A stretch of DNA of 64,000 bases from the NCBI GenBank assembly GCA_033763215.1, contig JANRKW010000014.1:68214-132213 (forward strand). Direction: 5' to 3'. Position 1 is the first letter of the stretch, and each line of letters starts with the position of its first letter. Under the pieces are notes generated by a model. That model saw nothing but the letters and a program-made list of their open reading frames with translations. It was not told the DNA's origin and ran no database searches. Below, one piece after another: positions 35,760 through 44,905 of this stretch. The DNA is from Isosphaeraceae bacterium. Lineage in GTDB: Bacteria; Planctomycetota; Planctomycetia; Isosphaerales; Isosphaeraceae. A program made the translations under genes and the position numbers.

Positions 35760-37013
35760 ATGCCGATCGCGGCTTGCGTCCTTGCATCTATTCTGGCGGT
35801 CGGGTCGAACGATGATCTCGTCGACCGGCCCCTTCGATCCAAGATCACCCGCGTCCAGCCGATGACCGGGATCGCCCTGTGGACCACGAACCCCAAGAAC
35901 GCAGTCGACGCGATCCAACTCGAGTTCGCGTATGTCGGTTACGACGACGTCGTCGGAGCAGACGGCAGCTACGACTGGTCGCGGGTCGAGAAGATCCTCG
36001 ATGGGGTTGCGAGCCGAGAGCATCAGGCGATCCTTCGATTCCACGACACCTACGTCGGCCGCGAGACCCGCGTCCCCGCTTCGATCAAGTCTCGAACGGA
36101 CTATCGTGAGACGGTGGGGACGTCCGAGGGCAAGCGGACCGTCTTCCCCGACTGGTCCTGCGCGGCCTGGCGTGATCTCGTCGTCGACTTCTACGGGAAA
36201 CTCGCCGCGAAGTACGACGGCGACCCGCGCCTGGCCTTTCTCCAGACCGGCTTCGGGCTCTGGTCGGAATATCACATCTACGAAGGCCCGATGAAGCTCG
36301 GCGCGACGTTTCCGTCGCTCGAGTTCCAGGACCGCTTCCTCCGCCGCATCGACGGGCTCTTCAAGCGTACGCCTTGGATGATCTCGATCGACGCGGGCGA
36401 AGCGAGCCGCTCGCCGATCGTCGCTTCACGCGAGCTGCTCGCGCTCGATTTCGGCCTCTTCGACGACTCCTTCAACCACGCAGATCACGCAAGCTACAAC
36501 GGCAAGATGTGGCGGGCGCTCGGGGCCGATCGATGGAAGCGCGCTCCGATGGGCGGAGAGTTCTCCTTCTATACTCGGCGGGATCAGACACACGCGCTCG
36601 ACCCAATGGGACCGCATGGTCGGTCGTTCGAGAGCGAGGCGGCTCGGTTCCACCTCTCATTCATCATCGGAGACTCACAGCCGCGGCACCAGTCGCTCGA
36701 GCGGGTCGCCGAGGCGGGCCGGGCCTGTGGGTATCGATTCCGCGTCGTGCGATTCGCGTCGAACTCGCATGTCACCGAGGTCGCGATTCGGAACGTGGGG
36801 GTTGCTCCCATCTATCGCGACGCATATCCGACTGTCGACGGAAAGCGAGCGGTCGAGTCGCTCGTCGGACTCGAGCCGGGGGAAACGCGAACGTATCGGA
36901 TCATGTCCGGCGGAGAATCCCCACGTCTTCAGATCACGTCGGACCAGATCTTGCCGGGTCAGGTGATCGAGTTCGAGGCCGAACTCAGTGAGACGCAGGA
37001 TCGGACGAAGTGA
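35760..37013 (+). CDS. Secreted hypothetical protein (DUF4832-like, possible glycoside-hydrolase-type TIM barrel)
   Basis: ATG at 35760. Signal MPIAACVLASILAVG. 417 aa. The motif assignment is tentative. Confidence 0.45.
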   Translation: MPIAACVLASILAVGSNDDLVDRPLRSKITRVQPMTGIALWTTNPKNAVDAIQLEFAYVGYDDVVGADGSYDWSRVEKILDGVASREHQAILRFHDTYVGRETRVPASIKSRTDYRETVGTSEGKRTVFPDWSCAAWRDLVVDFYGKLAAKYDGDPRLAFLQTGFGLWSEYHIYEGPMKLGATFPSLEFQDRFLRRIDGLFKRTPWMISIDAGEASRSPIVASRELLALDFGLFDDSFNHADHASYNGKMWRALGADRWKRAPMGGEFSFYTRRDQTHALDPMGPHGRSFESEAARFHLSFIIGDSQPRHQSLERVAEAGRACGYRFRVVRFASNSHVTEVAIRNVGVAPIYRDAYPTVDGKRAVESLVGLEPGETRTYRIMSGGESPRLQITSDQILPGQVIEFEAELSETQDRTK

Positions 37014-37425
37014 GGCCTTGGGCGGCGATTCGTTCCCTCTCGTAGGCTCGATACCGTCGCCGAAGCGTCAAGAAATCGGCCCACGCCCACGCCAACATCG
37101 GAATGAAGAGCACGGCGACCCCGATCAACCCGATATCCGGCCGACCGAACGCTGCGAAGATCGCGACGAAGAAGACTGCGATCAATGCCGGGACGACCGT
37201 CAGCACGACGGTCGCGCGTCGATACTTCTCGACTTGTTCCGCCAACGGCTCGGCATTGAATCGGAGTCGACGCAACTTGCGCCTCCAAGTGATCTCGCGA
37301 GCCTGCCATGCCGGGTCGACGGTCGGGGCGGTGGTCACTGGACGTTCAACGAACATTTCCAACCTCTGCAAACGAGTGTCGGTCCGCACCGGGGATGCTG
37401 CGTCTTCGAAGGACAGCTCAAGCAC
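36985..37425 (-). CDS. Small membrane protein with two TM helices
   Basis: Track ORF of 146 aa. Hydrophobic stretches VVLTVVPALIAVFFVAIFAAF and IGLIGVAVLFIPMLAWAWA. Confidence 0.35.
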   Translation of the reverse strand: MLELSFEDAASPVRTDTRLQRLEMFVERPVTTAPTVDPAWQAREITWRRKLRRLRFNAEPLAEQVEKYRRATVVLTVVPALIAVFFVAIFAAFGRPDIGLIGVAVLFIPMLAWAWADFLTLRRRYRAYERERIAAQGLTSSDPASH

Positions 37426-37798
37426 TCGATGAAACGGGATCGGGATCGGCCGAATCCGGCGTCTCCCCCGATCTCGGGGGCCCGGACGAGTCGACTCCTT
37501 CGCCGAGCCGAGGCGACGCGTGCCGTCTTGGTCCCTCGGGTGCCAATTTCGTGGGGATGAGGGCCTTGGCCCTTTCGAACTCTTCCCTCGTCATCGTGCC
37601 GGAGAAAAAGCCCCGCTCGATCTCGCGGAGAAGGTCGTCCTCGGTCGTGGGACAGCCGTCCTCTTCGACCTCTCTCGAGAGTCGGACCGCGACGACGCAA
37701 CCCACGATGAAGGTCGCGACCAGCAATCCGACGAAAACCTGATAATGAATGGGCTCGAGGCCGCTCATCTTGCCCAATTCTCCCAGTCGGCGGAGCAA
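37418..37798 (-). CDS. Small membrane protein with a SHOCT-like C-terminal motif
   Basis: TM IHYQVFVGLLVATFIVGCVVAV. Then DDLLREIERGFFSGTMTREEFERAKALI, which is a SHOCT-like motif. Confidence 0.4.
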   Translation of the reverse strand: MLRRLGELGKMSGLEPIHYQVFVGLLVATFIVGCVVAVRLSREVEEDGCPTTEDDLLREIERGFFSGTMTREEFERAKALIPTKLAPEGPRRHASPRLGEGVDSSGPPRSGETPDSADPDPVSSSA

Positions 37799-37961
37799 TC
37801 GATCAATGTGACGAAATGGATGCGGTTTCGGACCTTGTCGAGACGATGATCCGTGGGATATGGTTGATGGTAGTCGTGGCTGGAAAACGTGGCAACCCGT
37901 CGGCGCGGATCCGGTTCGCCTCGGCGGTACGTCGCGATCGGCCCGCGGGAGGTTTGACGAG

Positions 37962-38477
37962 ATGCGACGAGCGATCTGGGGGATGGGGCTCTTGGCCGGC
38001 CTGGCGATCTTCGCCGGCGAGGCCCGTGCACAAAACTTCAGCGACCCGTTCTTCTTGTACTACGGTTATTTCCTGCCGCGCCAGCAGGCAATGGCCGCGA
38101 CGCCGACCGTGACCGACACGATCAATGCCGTGACCGCGGCTCGACAAGGGAACGCGTCGACGAACCGAGCCAATCTCTACGATCCCAACGGCAACTTCGC
38201 GCCGCTGGAGGACTTCGAGAATCCCGGCGGCGGCTCGCGTCGGCAAGACGCGCGTGCCCCTTATCTCCAGTCGGGTCGATTCCCGTCGGGCAACATCGGC
38301 GGCACCGGGCCCGGTCTCTATTACGCGAGGACCGCCCGCTACTATCCCGGCCTTCGCCAGGGAGTCTCGCCGAATCGGAATGTGGGATTGTCGAATCCTC
38401 GTCCGGGCGGCGGTTTCGGCGGCGGGGTACCCGTGGCACGTCCGAACGTCGGCGGCGGCGTTCCCGGCCCACGTTGA
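37962..38477 (+). CDS. Gly/Pro/Asn-rich secreted protein
   Basis: ATG at 37962 gives MRRAIWGMGLLAGLAIFAGEARAQ, a signal peptide with an AxA site. The rest is low-complexity G/P/N/R-rich sequence. Confidence 0.5.
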   Translation: MRRAIWGMGLLAGLAIFAGEARAQNFSDPFFLYYGYFLPRQQAMAATPTVTDTINAVTAARQGNASTNRANLYDPNGNFAPLEDFENPGGGSRRQDARAPYLQSGRFPSGNIGGTGPGLYYARTARYYPGLRQGVSPNRNVGLSNPRPGGGFGGGVPVARPNVGGGVPGPR

Positions 38478-38669
38478 ACCCGCCCCCAATTTGCGGGCCC
38501 TGGATTCAGCCTTCGAGAGCGAGTCTCGTCCGCGTTGCGCGGTCGACACTCGCTCTTGCCGTTGGTGTTCCATAAGATGGATCGACCACGGCTCATCTCG
38601 GGCGAGTCGCCACGGATTCCTCGCGAGTCGTGATCGTCGCCGCTCTTCTACCGTTGGATCGTCGTCACC

Positions 38670-39152
38670 ATGGCTCTCGAAAACCAGAGACTGAGCCCGG
38701 ATGAGCGCGCCGATCTGGTCGCCTATCTGGACGGCGAACTGGAGGAGCCCGGTCGCAGTGCGATCGCCACGAAGTTGGCTCACAGTGCCACGGCTCGCCG
38801 CGAACTCGACGCTCTCAAGCGGACCTGGGAGATGCTCGATCATCTCCCGCGCATCGAAGCATCCGAAGAACTCGGAACCCGGACGATCACGGAAGCCCTG
38901 CAGCTCGTGACGCACGAGGATCGGATCGCCGGTACCGCCGGGCTCTGGGTCCGACGCATCAAGCGTGCGTCGGTCCTCGTGCTCGCCTTCGTCGGGGCCT
39001 TCGCGGCCGGCTTCATCCTGATGCGACATGTGTGGCCGAATCCGACCGCTGAACTCGCGAGGAATCTCTCGATCGCCGAGCATCTCGAGGAGTATCGGTC
39101 GGTTGGTTCGTTCGAGTTTCTGGAGATCCTCGAACACGCGCCGCCGTTCTGA
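38670..39152 (+). CDS. Putative single-pass anti-sigma factor (RskA/ChrR-like N-terminal helix, no zinc motif)
   Basis: ERADLVAYLDGELEEPGRSAIATKL is typical of anti-sigma N-domains. One TM helix, ASVLVLAFVGAFAAGFILM. No ECF sigma gene is adjacent. Confidence 0.5.
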   Translation: MALENQRLSPDERADLVAYLDGELEEPGRSAIATKLAHSATARRELDALKRTWEMLDHLPRIEASEELGTRTITEALQLVTHEDRIAGTAGLWVRRIKRASVLVLAFVGAFAAGFILMRHVWPNPTAELARNLSIAEHLEEYRSVGSFEFLEILEHAPPF

Positions 39153-39239
39153 ATGTTCGAACCGGAAGGGTCGCCCGAGGCGAGGGCGATTTCACGATCA
39201 TCCCCGGCGGAACCCATGGTCACCGAGGTCTGAAAGTCG

Positions 39240-40274
39240 ATGTCGTCCCAGCAGGTCAGGTTCCTGGTTCTCGCCGGCGTGGCCGTAGCCATCGTCGCGG
39301 CCGCTTCGACACCGACGGCGCTCGATCGAAATCTCGAGCGACTGAGATCGATGCCTCACGAGGAACGAATCCTGCTCGCGCGGGCGCTCGACGAATTCGA
39401 GAAGCTCGGCCCCGAAGATCGTGCAGCGATCGAGAAGATCGACCGGCAGATCCAGGCTCTCGACCCCACCGCTCGATCGAATTATCTGAACACGCTCAGG
39501 CGCTATCATCTGTGGCTCTCGAGATTGAGTGCCGCGGATCGCGCAAAGATTGCCGACGCTCCCGATGATGCCGCACGATTCGCGATCGTCGAGAAGCTCC
39601 GCAAGACGACGCCGAGTACGTCCTCGCTCGTTCGCACCCCCGGCCAACTCGGGGTTCCCATCGGCGACATCGGGTCGATCGCTCCGATCGAATTGGGCAA
39701 CCTGATTCGAGTCTGGTTCGCACTCGATGACCGCGAGCGGGCGAGGATCGAGTCCTTTCCGGTGGTCCGCCGGATCGCGGAACTATCTGCGATCGGATTC
39801 CAACGTCGGATCGAGGTTCGGCGGCTCCCCGAGGCCGACCAATTCGCGGCCCGAAAAGAGCTCGAGGAGCTTCCGCTCTACAAGTCGCTCCTGGCCAACA
39901 TTCGCGGCCGACAGGACAAGTCGAAGCTCGATTCCAAGGTCGGCGGGCTTCTGAAGAAGAAGCTGGAGAATCGTCCACAGGTCCTCGCGAATCCGCTGAA
40001 TCATCTCGTCGAGTCGCACTACTTCGTCCAGCATCCGCCGATTCGCGTCGAACCGAGCAATCTCGCGAGATTCGCCGCGGCGCTGCCGAGCTGGGTCAAG
40101 GACTCGATCGACCCGCTTCCCGCGGAGGAAGCACGACGCCGATTGACGATTCTTTATCGAGAGATCTACCCGCATCCGCAGGAGATGCCGAAGCCGACGA
40201 AGCAAACCGAGGTTCCTGCACCCCCGTCGCCGGGGAGACCGCCCGGTGCCGAGAAGCCGCCCCAGCCTTTCTGA
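39240..40274 (+). CDS. Hypothetical exported protein
   Basis: Signal/TM VRFLVLAGVAVAIVAAAS. Helical, Arg/Glu-rich. Ends with the Pro-rich tail PAPPSPGRPPGAEKPPQPF. Confidence 0.5.
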   Translation: MSSQQVRFLVLAGVAVAIVAAASTPTALDRNLERLRSMPHEERILLARALDEFEKLGPEDRAAIEKIDRQIQALDPTARSNYLNTLRRYHLWLSRLSAADRAKIADAPDDAARFAIVEKLRKTTPSTSSLVRTPGQLGVPIGDIGSIAPIELGNLIRVWFALDDRERARIESFPVVRRIAELSAIGFQRRIEVRRLPEADQFAARKELEELPLYKSLLANIRGRQDKSKLDSKVGGLLKKKLENRPQVLANPLNHLVESHYFVQHPPIRVEPSNLARFAAALPSWVKDSIDPLPAEEARRRLTILYREIYPHPQEMPKPTKQTEVPAPPSPGRPPGAEKPPQPF

Positions 40275-40287
40275 TGCGGATCGAGCG

Positions 40288-41436
40288 ATGAACCAGGTGA
40301 CGGCCCTCTCCACGACCGACCGGGATCGAGCGTTGATGCGCCTGGCGCTGGCGGAGGCCGAGCGATCGCGCGGGTGGGTGGAGCCGAACCCGATGGTCGG
40401 GGCCGTCGTCTCTCGCGACGGCGAGTTGATTGCGATCGGGCGTCACGAACGATTCGGCGGGCCGCATGCCGAGGTCCACGCGCTCACCGCGGCGGGAACG
40501 GCCGCACGCGGGTCGACGCTCCATGTCACGCTCGAGCCTTGTCGCCACTACGGCAAGACCCCGCCGTGTACCGAGGCGATCCTCTCCTCCGGGATCGCTC
40601 GCGTCGTGGCGGCGACAGCGGACCCATTTCCGGAAGTCGCAGGTCGTGGTTTCGAGCGACTCCGATCCGCTGGGATCGAAGTGACTGTCGGAGTCGAAGA
40701 GGCGGCGGCGCGTCGGCTGATCGCTCCGTTCGTCAAGCGCGTCGAGACTGGGAAGCCCTACGTGATCGCGAAGTGGGCGATGACTCTCGATGGACGGATT
40801 GCCACGGTCGCCGGGGAGTCCCGCTGGATCAGCGGTCCGGAGTCGCGGTCGCGGGTCCACGAGACTCGCGGGGTCGTCGACGCGATCCTGGTCGGCATCG
40901 GGACGGTGATCGCGGATGACCCGATGCTGGATGCACGCCCGCCCGGCCCGCGCACTGCGGCGCGAGTCGTGCTCGATGCCCGAGCCCGGATCCCACTCGA
41001 CTCTCGGTTGGTCCGGACGGCTCGTGACATCCCCACATGGCTCGCGGTCGGACCCGACGCGACCGGGGACGCGATCTCCACGCGAGAAGTCGCCGGCTGT
41101 AGGATCCTTCGCCTACCCGGCGACGTTCACGGTCGTCCGCTTCTCGATCCCCTGCTCCGGTCGCTCGGTGAACTCGGGGTGACCAATCTGCTGATCGAGG
41201 GCGGGGCGGGAGTCTTGGGGGCGTTCTTCGACGCGAACGAGGTCGACGAAGTCGATGTCTTCGTCGCGCCGAAGATCTTTGGAGGTGGGACTGCTCCGGG
41301 CCCAGTCGCGGGGATCGGGATCGAATCGCCCCGACTTGCGAGGAGACTCGAGGACCGGGTCGTGACCCTGCTCGGCGACGACGTCAGGATCCAGGGGCGA
41401 ACGGTACGAGCGGCCGTCGGACCCCGCCCGACTTGA
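40288..41436 (+). CDS. ribD: Bifunctional riboflavin biosynthesis protein RibD (pyrimidine deaminase / reductase)
   Basis: ATG at 40288. Deaminase zinc motif region HAEVHAL...LEPCRHYGKTPPC. Reductase domain VIAKWAMTLDGRIA...LLIEGGAGVLGAF. 382 aa. Confidence 0.9.
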   Translation: MNQVTALSTTDRDRALMRLALAEAERSRGWVEPNPMVGAVVSRDGELIAIGRHERFGGPHAEVHALTAAGTAARGSTLHVTLEPCRHYGKTPPCTEAILSSGIARVVAATADPFPEVAGRGFERLRSAGIEVTVGVEEAAARRLIAPFVKRVETGKPYVIAKWAMTLDGRIATVAGESRWISGPESRSRVHETRGVVDAILVGIGTVIADDPMLDARPPGPRTAARVVLDARARIPLDSRLVRTARDIPTWLAVGPDATGDAISTREVAGCRILRLPGDVHGRPLLDPLLRSLGELGVTNLLIEGGAGVLGAFFDANEVDEVDVFVAPKIFGGGTAPGPVAGIGIESPRLARRLEDRVVTLLGDDVRIQGRTVRAAVGPRPT

Positions 41437-41509
41437 CGTCATGCAACCATAAGCAATACAATGAATTGGGAATGAATTCGCGATTCCGGGTTCTTGGAGC
41501 GTCTGACAC

Positions 41510-42184
41510 GTGGGGGACCCGCGACGTGACTCTTCCGGGGAGAAAGTCGCGCCCAAGGCGGTGATCGGCCGTGTCTGTCTCTATCTCCGCCGTCTCGAGG
41601 CGATCGAGAGTCAGGGCGAGACGACCGTCTCCAGCAGCCAACTCGGCGCTGCACTTTCCATCAGCGACGCACAGGTCCGAAAGGACCTTGCGTTCTTCGG
41701 ACAATTCGGCCACCCCGGAATCGGGTATCGGATCGATGAACTCAGCGAAGAACTCCGTCGGGTCCTGGGAATCGATCGGGATTGGCCGCTTGCCTTGATC
41801 GGGCTCGGGAATCTCGGAAGAGCTCTCCTGCGTTACCGCGGCTTTCGATCGCGAGGGTTTCACATCGTCGCGATCTTCGACAACGATCCGGCGAAGATCG
41901 GCCTGTAGTTCGACGGCCTCCTCGTTCAACCGATCACGGAACTCGCGAGAATCGTCGGCGAGCGTCGAATTCAGCTCGCGGTGCTCTCCGTGCCGGCCGA
42001 CGTTGCACAGTCGACAGCCGACCTCTTGGTCGGTTGCGGCGTCACCGGGATCCTGAATTTCGCGCCGATGCCGCTGAACCTCCCGCCGCACGTCAGTGTC
42101 GTCGGTGTGGATCTCAGCATTCAACTGGAGCACTTGACATACAAGGTCCAAAACTCTCCGGGGGGGATTTCCTACTCCGGTTAG
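41510..42184 (+). pseudogene. rex: Redox-sensing repressor Rex interrupted by a single in-frame TAG at 41906..41908
   Basis: N-terminal wHTH region AVIGRVCLYLRRLE. Rossmann start LIGLGNLGRALL...IVAIFDNDPAKIGL, then TAG. The same frame continues FDGLLVQPI...QLAVLSVPADVAQSTADLLVGCGVTGILNFAPMPLNLPPHVSVVGVDLSIQLEHL, which is the canonical Rex C-terminal half. The two track ORFs 41510..41908 and 41981..42184 are in the same frame. Confidence 0.7.
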
Positions 42185-42246
42185 TCTTTTCGCTCGCCAT
42201 CCCTCGAGCTAGAATGCCGAGGTCGGTGAGGCTCTCTCCGATCTTC

Positions 42247-42317
42247 TACCCGGTGGTGTAACGGTAACACATCAGGTTTTGGTCCTGATTTTCCAGGTTC
42301 GAATCCTGGCCGGGTAA
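42247..42317 (+). tRNA. tRNA-Gln (anticodon UUG)
   Basis: Manual fold. Acceptor TACCCGG/CCGGGTA. D-arm GTGT-AACGGTA-ACAC. Anticodon stem TCAGG/CCTGA with loop TTTTGGT, so the anticodon is TTG. T-arm CCAGG-TTCGAAT-CCTGG. Discriminator A. CCA is not encoded. Confidence 0.75.
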
Positions 42318-42359
42318 TCCCTAACCCTCGATCTTTCGAGTGCTCCCAAGAGTCACTCC

Positions 42360-44759
42360 TCAGCCTCGCGGGATACCAACTTCTCGCAAGAGATGACCAG
42401 CCGCTGCGTTCCCTGAGAGGAATGCACCCTCGATGCGGCCCTGGGCGAGCCAGTCGCCGCAGACCACGAGTCCCGATTCCGAGTCGAACAGCGTTCGTCG
42501 GTCCGAGGCGTCGGCCCCTTGGCTGAATCGCCAGCGGTGTGCCGCCTGCATGGCTGGGCGAGGTAGGACTCGGTCGCATGCCGCTTCGAGCGACTCGAGC
42601 AGGTCGAGAGCGACTTGCTCCTGTGTCGACTCGAGGTGCTTCGTCGACCACTCGGGCGACGCATGAAGGACCCATCGATCGATCCGACTCGGTCTGCCGG
42701 GTTTGGATGAATCCCGCGCGGCCCACGCGATCGAAGAGTCTTGAACGAAGGCTCCGTCCCAGGCGACGTCGAATCGCTCTTCAAAGGCCACCATCACCGC
42801 CCAGCAGGGAGTCATCGAAGTACGCCCACACTCTCGTGCGAGCGGATGATCCGCGAGCAGTTCGCTCGCCTGAGGGCCCGGAACGGCGATGATCAGTCGG
42901 TCGAATCGCCCGAGCGATCCGCCCTCCAAGTCGAAGAGTTCCCAGTCGGACCCCAAGCGTTCGAGGCGAGCGACGCGGGTCTCGCGACGAATCGCCAAAT
43001 CGATCGCAAGCCTTCCCGGCAAGGCCGACATGCCCGGGACGCCGACGAATCGCCTCTGCGGCGAGCAGTCGGTCGCAGTGCCTCGGTCGAGTCGCACGAT
43101 GCGACCAGCCCAATCGGCGACAACCCCCTGCTCCACCCAGGCCTCGACGGCACGTCGGAAGGTCGGATGTCGCGCCGTGAAGTACTGTGCTCCGTGGTCG
43201 AAGGTCAGGTCAGCGTCGACTCGACGCGTTGCGATCCTGCCCCCCGTGCCGCGTCCTTTGTCGAAGACGGACACGTCGAAGCCGTGATCGGAGAGAGTCC
43301 GCGCGGCGGTGATCCCGGCGATACCGGCGCCGATGATCGCGACGCTAGGCATCGGGTCGCGTAGCGGCCGAGTGGTCCACGCGAGATAGCGAGCGGTGTC
43401 GAGGCGTTGAGCATGGACCCGCGTCGGGCGACTTCGCACCGTACCGAGGATCGGCTGGGGCGGAGAATGAGGGCGATCGAACTGACCGAGGCACCAGAGC
43501 AATCCGCCGGAGGAGGACGGGTCGCGGCCATCGAGGGCGTAGCGGTGATTGAGATCGATGATCGACCGGAGGGCCCGCTCCGCGTCCGGCTTCCAGTGGA
43601 GCACGGCCTTGCCCCAAGTCATCCGGACATTGTTGTGGAGCTCGCCTTGGATGAGAAGCGAGAGCTGGGCTGCGTCCCAGAGCGGGTCGCCGCTTCGTCC
43701 GCGTGCAAGTGTTTCATCGTCGATGAGCATGGGGCGGGGGTCGTCGACGCGGCGGTCGAGCGAGTCCTTCGCCCAAGCGGGGATCGCTCCGATCGACTCG
43801 TGATCGGGGCGATGGAAGCAGAATGCGTGGGCGAGTTCACGCCAGATGAGGAGTTCATCGAGGTACTTCTCGGCTCCCGCTCCTCGAATCCTCGATGCTT
43901 CACGAGCGATCCGGAAGGGCGAGACCATTCCATAGTGAAGATATGCGGACATGCGACTGACTCCGTCTCGGAGTGCGTCGTTGCGGTCGTCCGCATACCG
44001 TCTGATTCGCTCGTCCTTGAATTCACTCCAGCGTGCGTACCCGGCCGCGGAGCCTCCGAGCGTGTGAGGAACCGGTGCGATCGAGTGATCGATGTCGCAT
44101 TCGGCGAGGAGTTCGCCGATCACGAGCGCAGCCGGATCGAGCGGATCGACGGGCATCTCCGGGATGCCCGAGGACACCTCGGGGTCGGGCTGTTCTTCCC
44201 AAGGGAGATCGATGCGTGCCTCGAGGAGGCGACGCGTCGCGGTCCGATAAGCAAACGCTCGATCATGGGCCTTGCCGACGAGCCTCATCGGGACGATGCA
44301 CGAAGTGTCGATGCGGATGATCGGAGCATGCGTCGACTCGGCAAGCCGCTCGACCGCGAGATCGATCGGCGGAGTCGGTAGGTCGTCCGTCACGACGAGA
44401 GCGGCATCTGACGACAGAGATCGGACCAACGAGCCGCGGGCGGTCCTGCGTTCGACATGGAGAACCGAGGCGATCCGCCGTCTCGCCAGTTCCGCATGGA
44501 ACTCCGGCGCCGCCTGGAGTTGAAACGTGTGGAATCGGTCGCAAGCGTAAGCGTCCGACTCGAGGAGTTCCTGCACGACGAGCAAGGGCAAGCCGAGCCT
44601 GCTCGCGAAGACGAGAGCGGTGTCGAGCGCAGGGTTTTCGTGAGCCCGGAGCGCGTGGTGGACCCAGTAGAGAACGAAGCGTCCCGAGGCCGAGAATTCG
44701 GTCCCGGCGACCAGTCTCGCGCGTTCGAGGAGCCGGGGCGGGAGCGTAGATTCGAGCAT
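42360..44759 (-). CDS. Fusion of a class-II-like CPD photolyase (N-terminal ~468 aa) with a COG3380/renalase-like NAD/FAD-dependent oxidoreductase (C-terminal ~330 aa)
   Basis: Photolyase part: RFVLYWVHHALRAHENPAL (the class II YWM.RD.R..DN.AL pattern) and FAD-binding C-terminal GELHNNVRMTWGKAVLHW. Oxidoreductase part starts MPSVAIIGAGIAGITAARTLSDHGFDVSVFDKGRGTGGR (GxGxxG, dinucleotide-binding) and ends ...VVCGDWLAQGRIEGAFLSGNAAA. One continuous 799-aa frame. Confidence 0.8.
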   Translation of the reverse strand: MLESTLPPRLLERARLVAGTEFSASGRFVLYWVHHALRAHENPALDTALVFASRLGLPLLVVQELLESDAYACDRFHTFQLQAAPEFHAELARRRIASVLHVERRTARGSLVRSLSSDAALVVTDDLPTPPIDLAVERLAESTHAPIIRIDTSCIVPMRLVGKAHDRAFAYRTATRRLLEARIDLPWEEQPDPEVSSGIPEMPVDPLDPAALVIGELLAECDIDHSIAPVPHTLGGSAAGYARWSEFKDERIRRYADDRNDALRDGVSRMSAYLHYGMVSPFRIAREASRIRGAGAEKYLDELLIWRELAHAFCFHRPDHESIGAIPAWAKDSLDRRVDDPRPMLIDDETLARGRSGDPLWDAAQLSLLIQGELHNNVRMTWGKAVLHWKPDAERALRSIIDLNHRYALDGRDPSSSGGLLWCLGQFDRPHSPPQPILGTVRSRPTRVHAQRLDTARYLAWTTRPLRDPMPSVAIIGAGIAGITAARTLSDHGFDVSVFDKGRGTGGRIATRRVDADLTFDHGAQYFTARHPTFRRAVEAWVEQGVVADWAGRIVRLDRGTATDCSPQRRFVGVPGMSALPGRLAIDLAIRRETRVARLERLGSDWELFDLEGGSLGRFDRLIIAVPGPQASELLADHPLARECGRTSMTPCWAVMVAFEERFDVAWDGAFVQDSSIAWAARDSSKPGRPSRIDRWVLHASPEWSTKHLESTQEQVALDLLESLEAACDRVLPRPAMQAAHRWRFSQGADASDRRTLFDSESGLVVCGDWLAQGRIEGAFLSGNAAAGHLLREVGIPRG

Positions 44760-44905
44760 GGCGGGACCTCGAGGCGAGCGTGCGAATCGACGGCGGCGGC
44801 CGTGATCAGCGCGGCATCGACTCGAAGATCATAGGCGCGCAAGCAGGGCCCGCCCAATGAGGGACGGGCCCGTGTGCGAAGAGCCGGGTCGGCTTCGGGG
44901 TCGGT

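Noticed and set aside
38480-38669. Looked for an ECF sigma factor upstream of the anti-sigma-like gene
   Set aside because: Only 190 nt of intergenic DNA precede the gene, and the plus-strand ORF there (38254..38694) is low-complexity. No sigma-70 region 2 or region 4 motifs are present.
41437-41509. Rex operator upstream of rex
   Set aside because: The AT-rich patch contains GAATGAATTCGCGATTC, but nothing that matches the TTGTGAA-N4-TTCACAA consensus convincingly. I left it as an unassigned promoter region.
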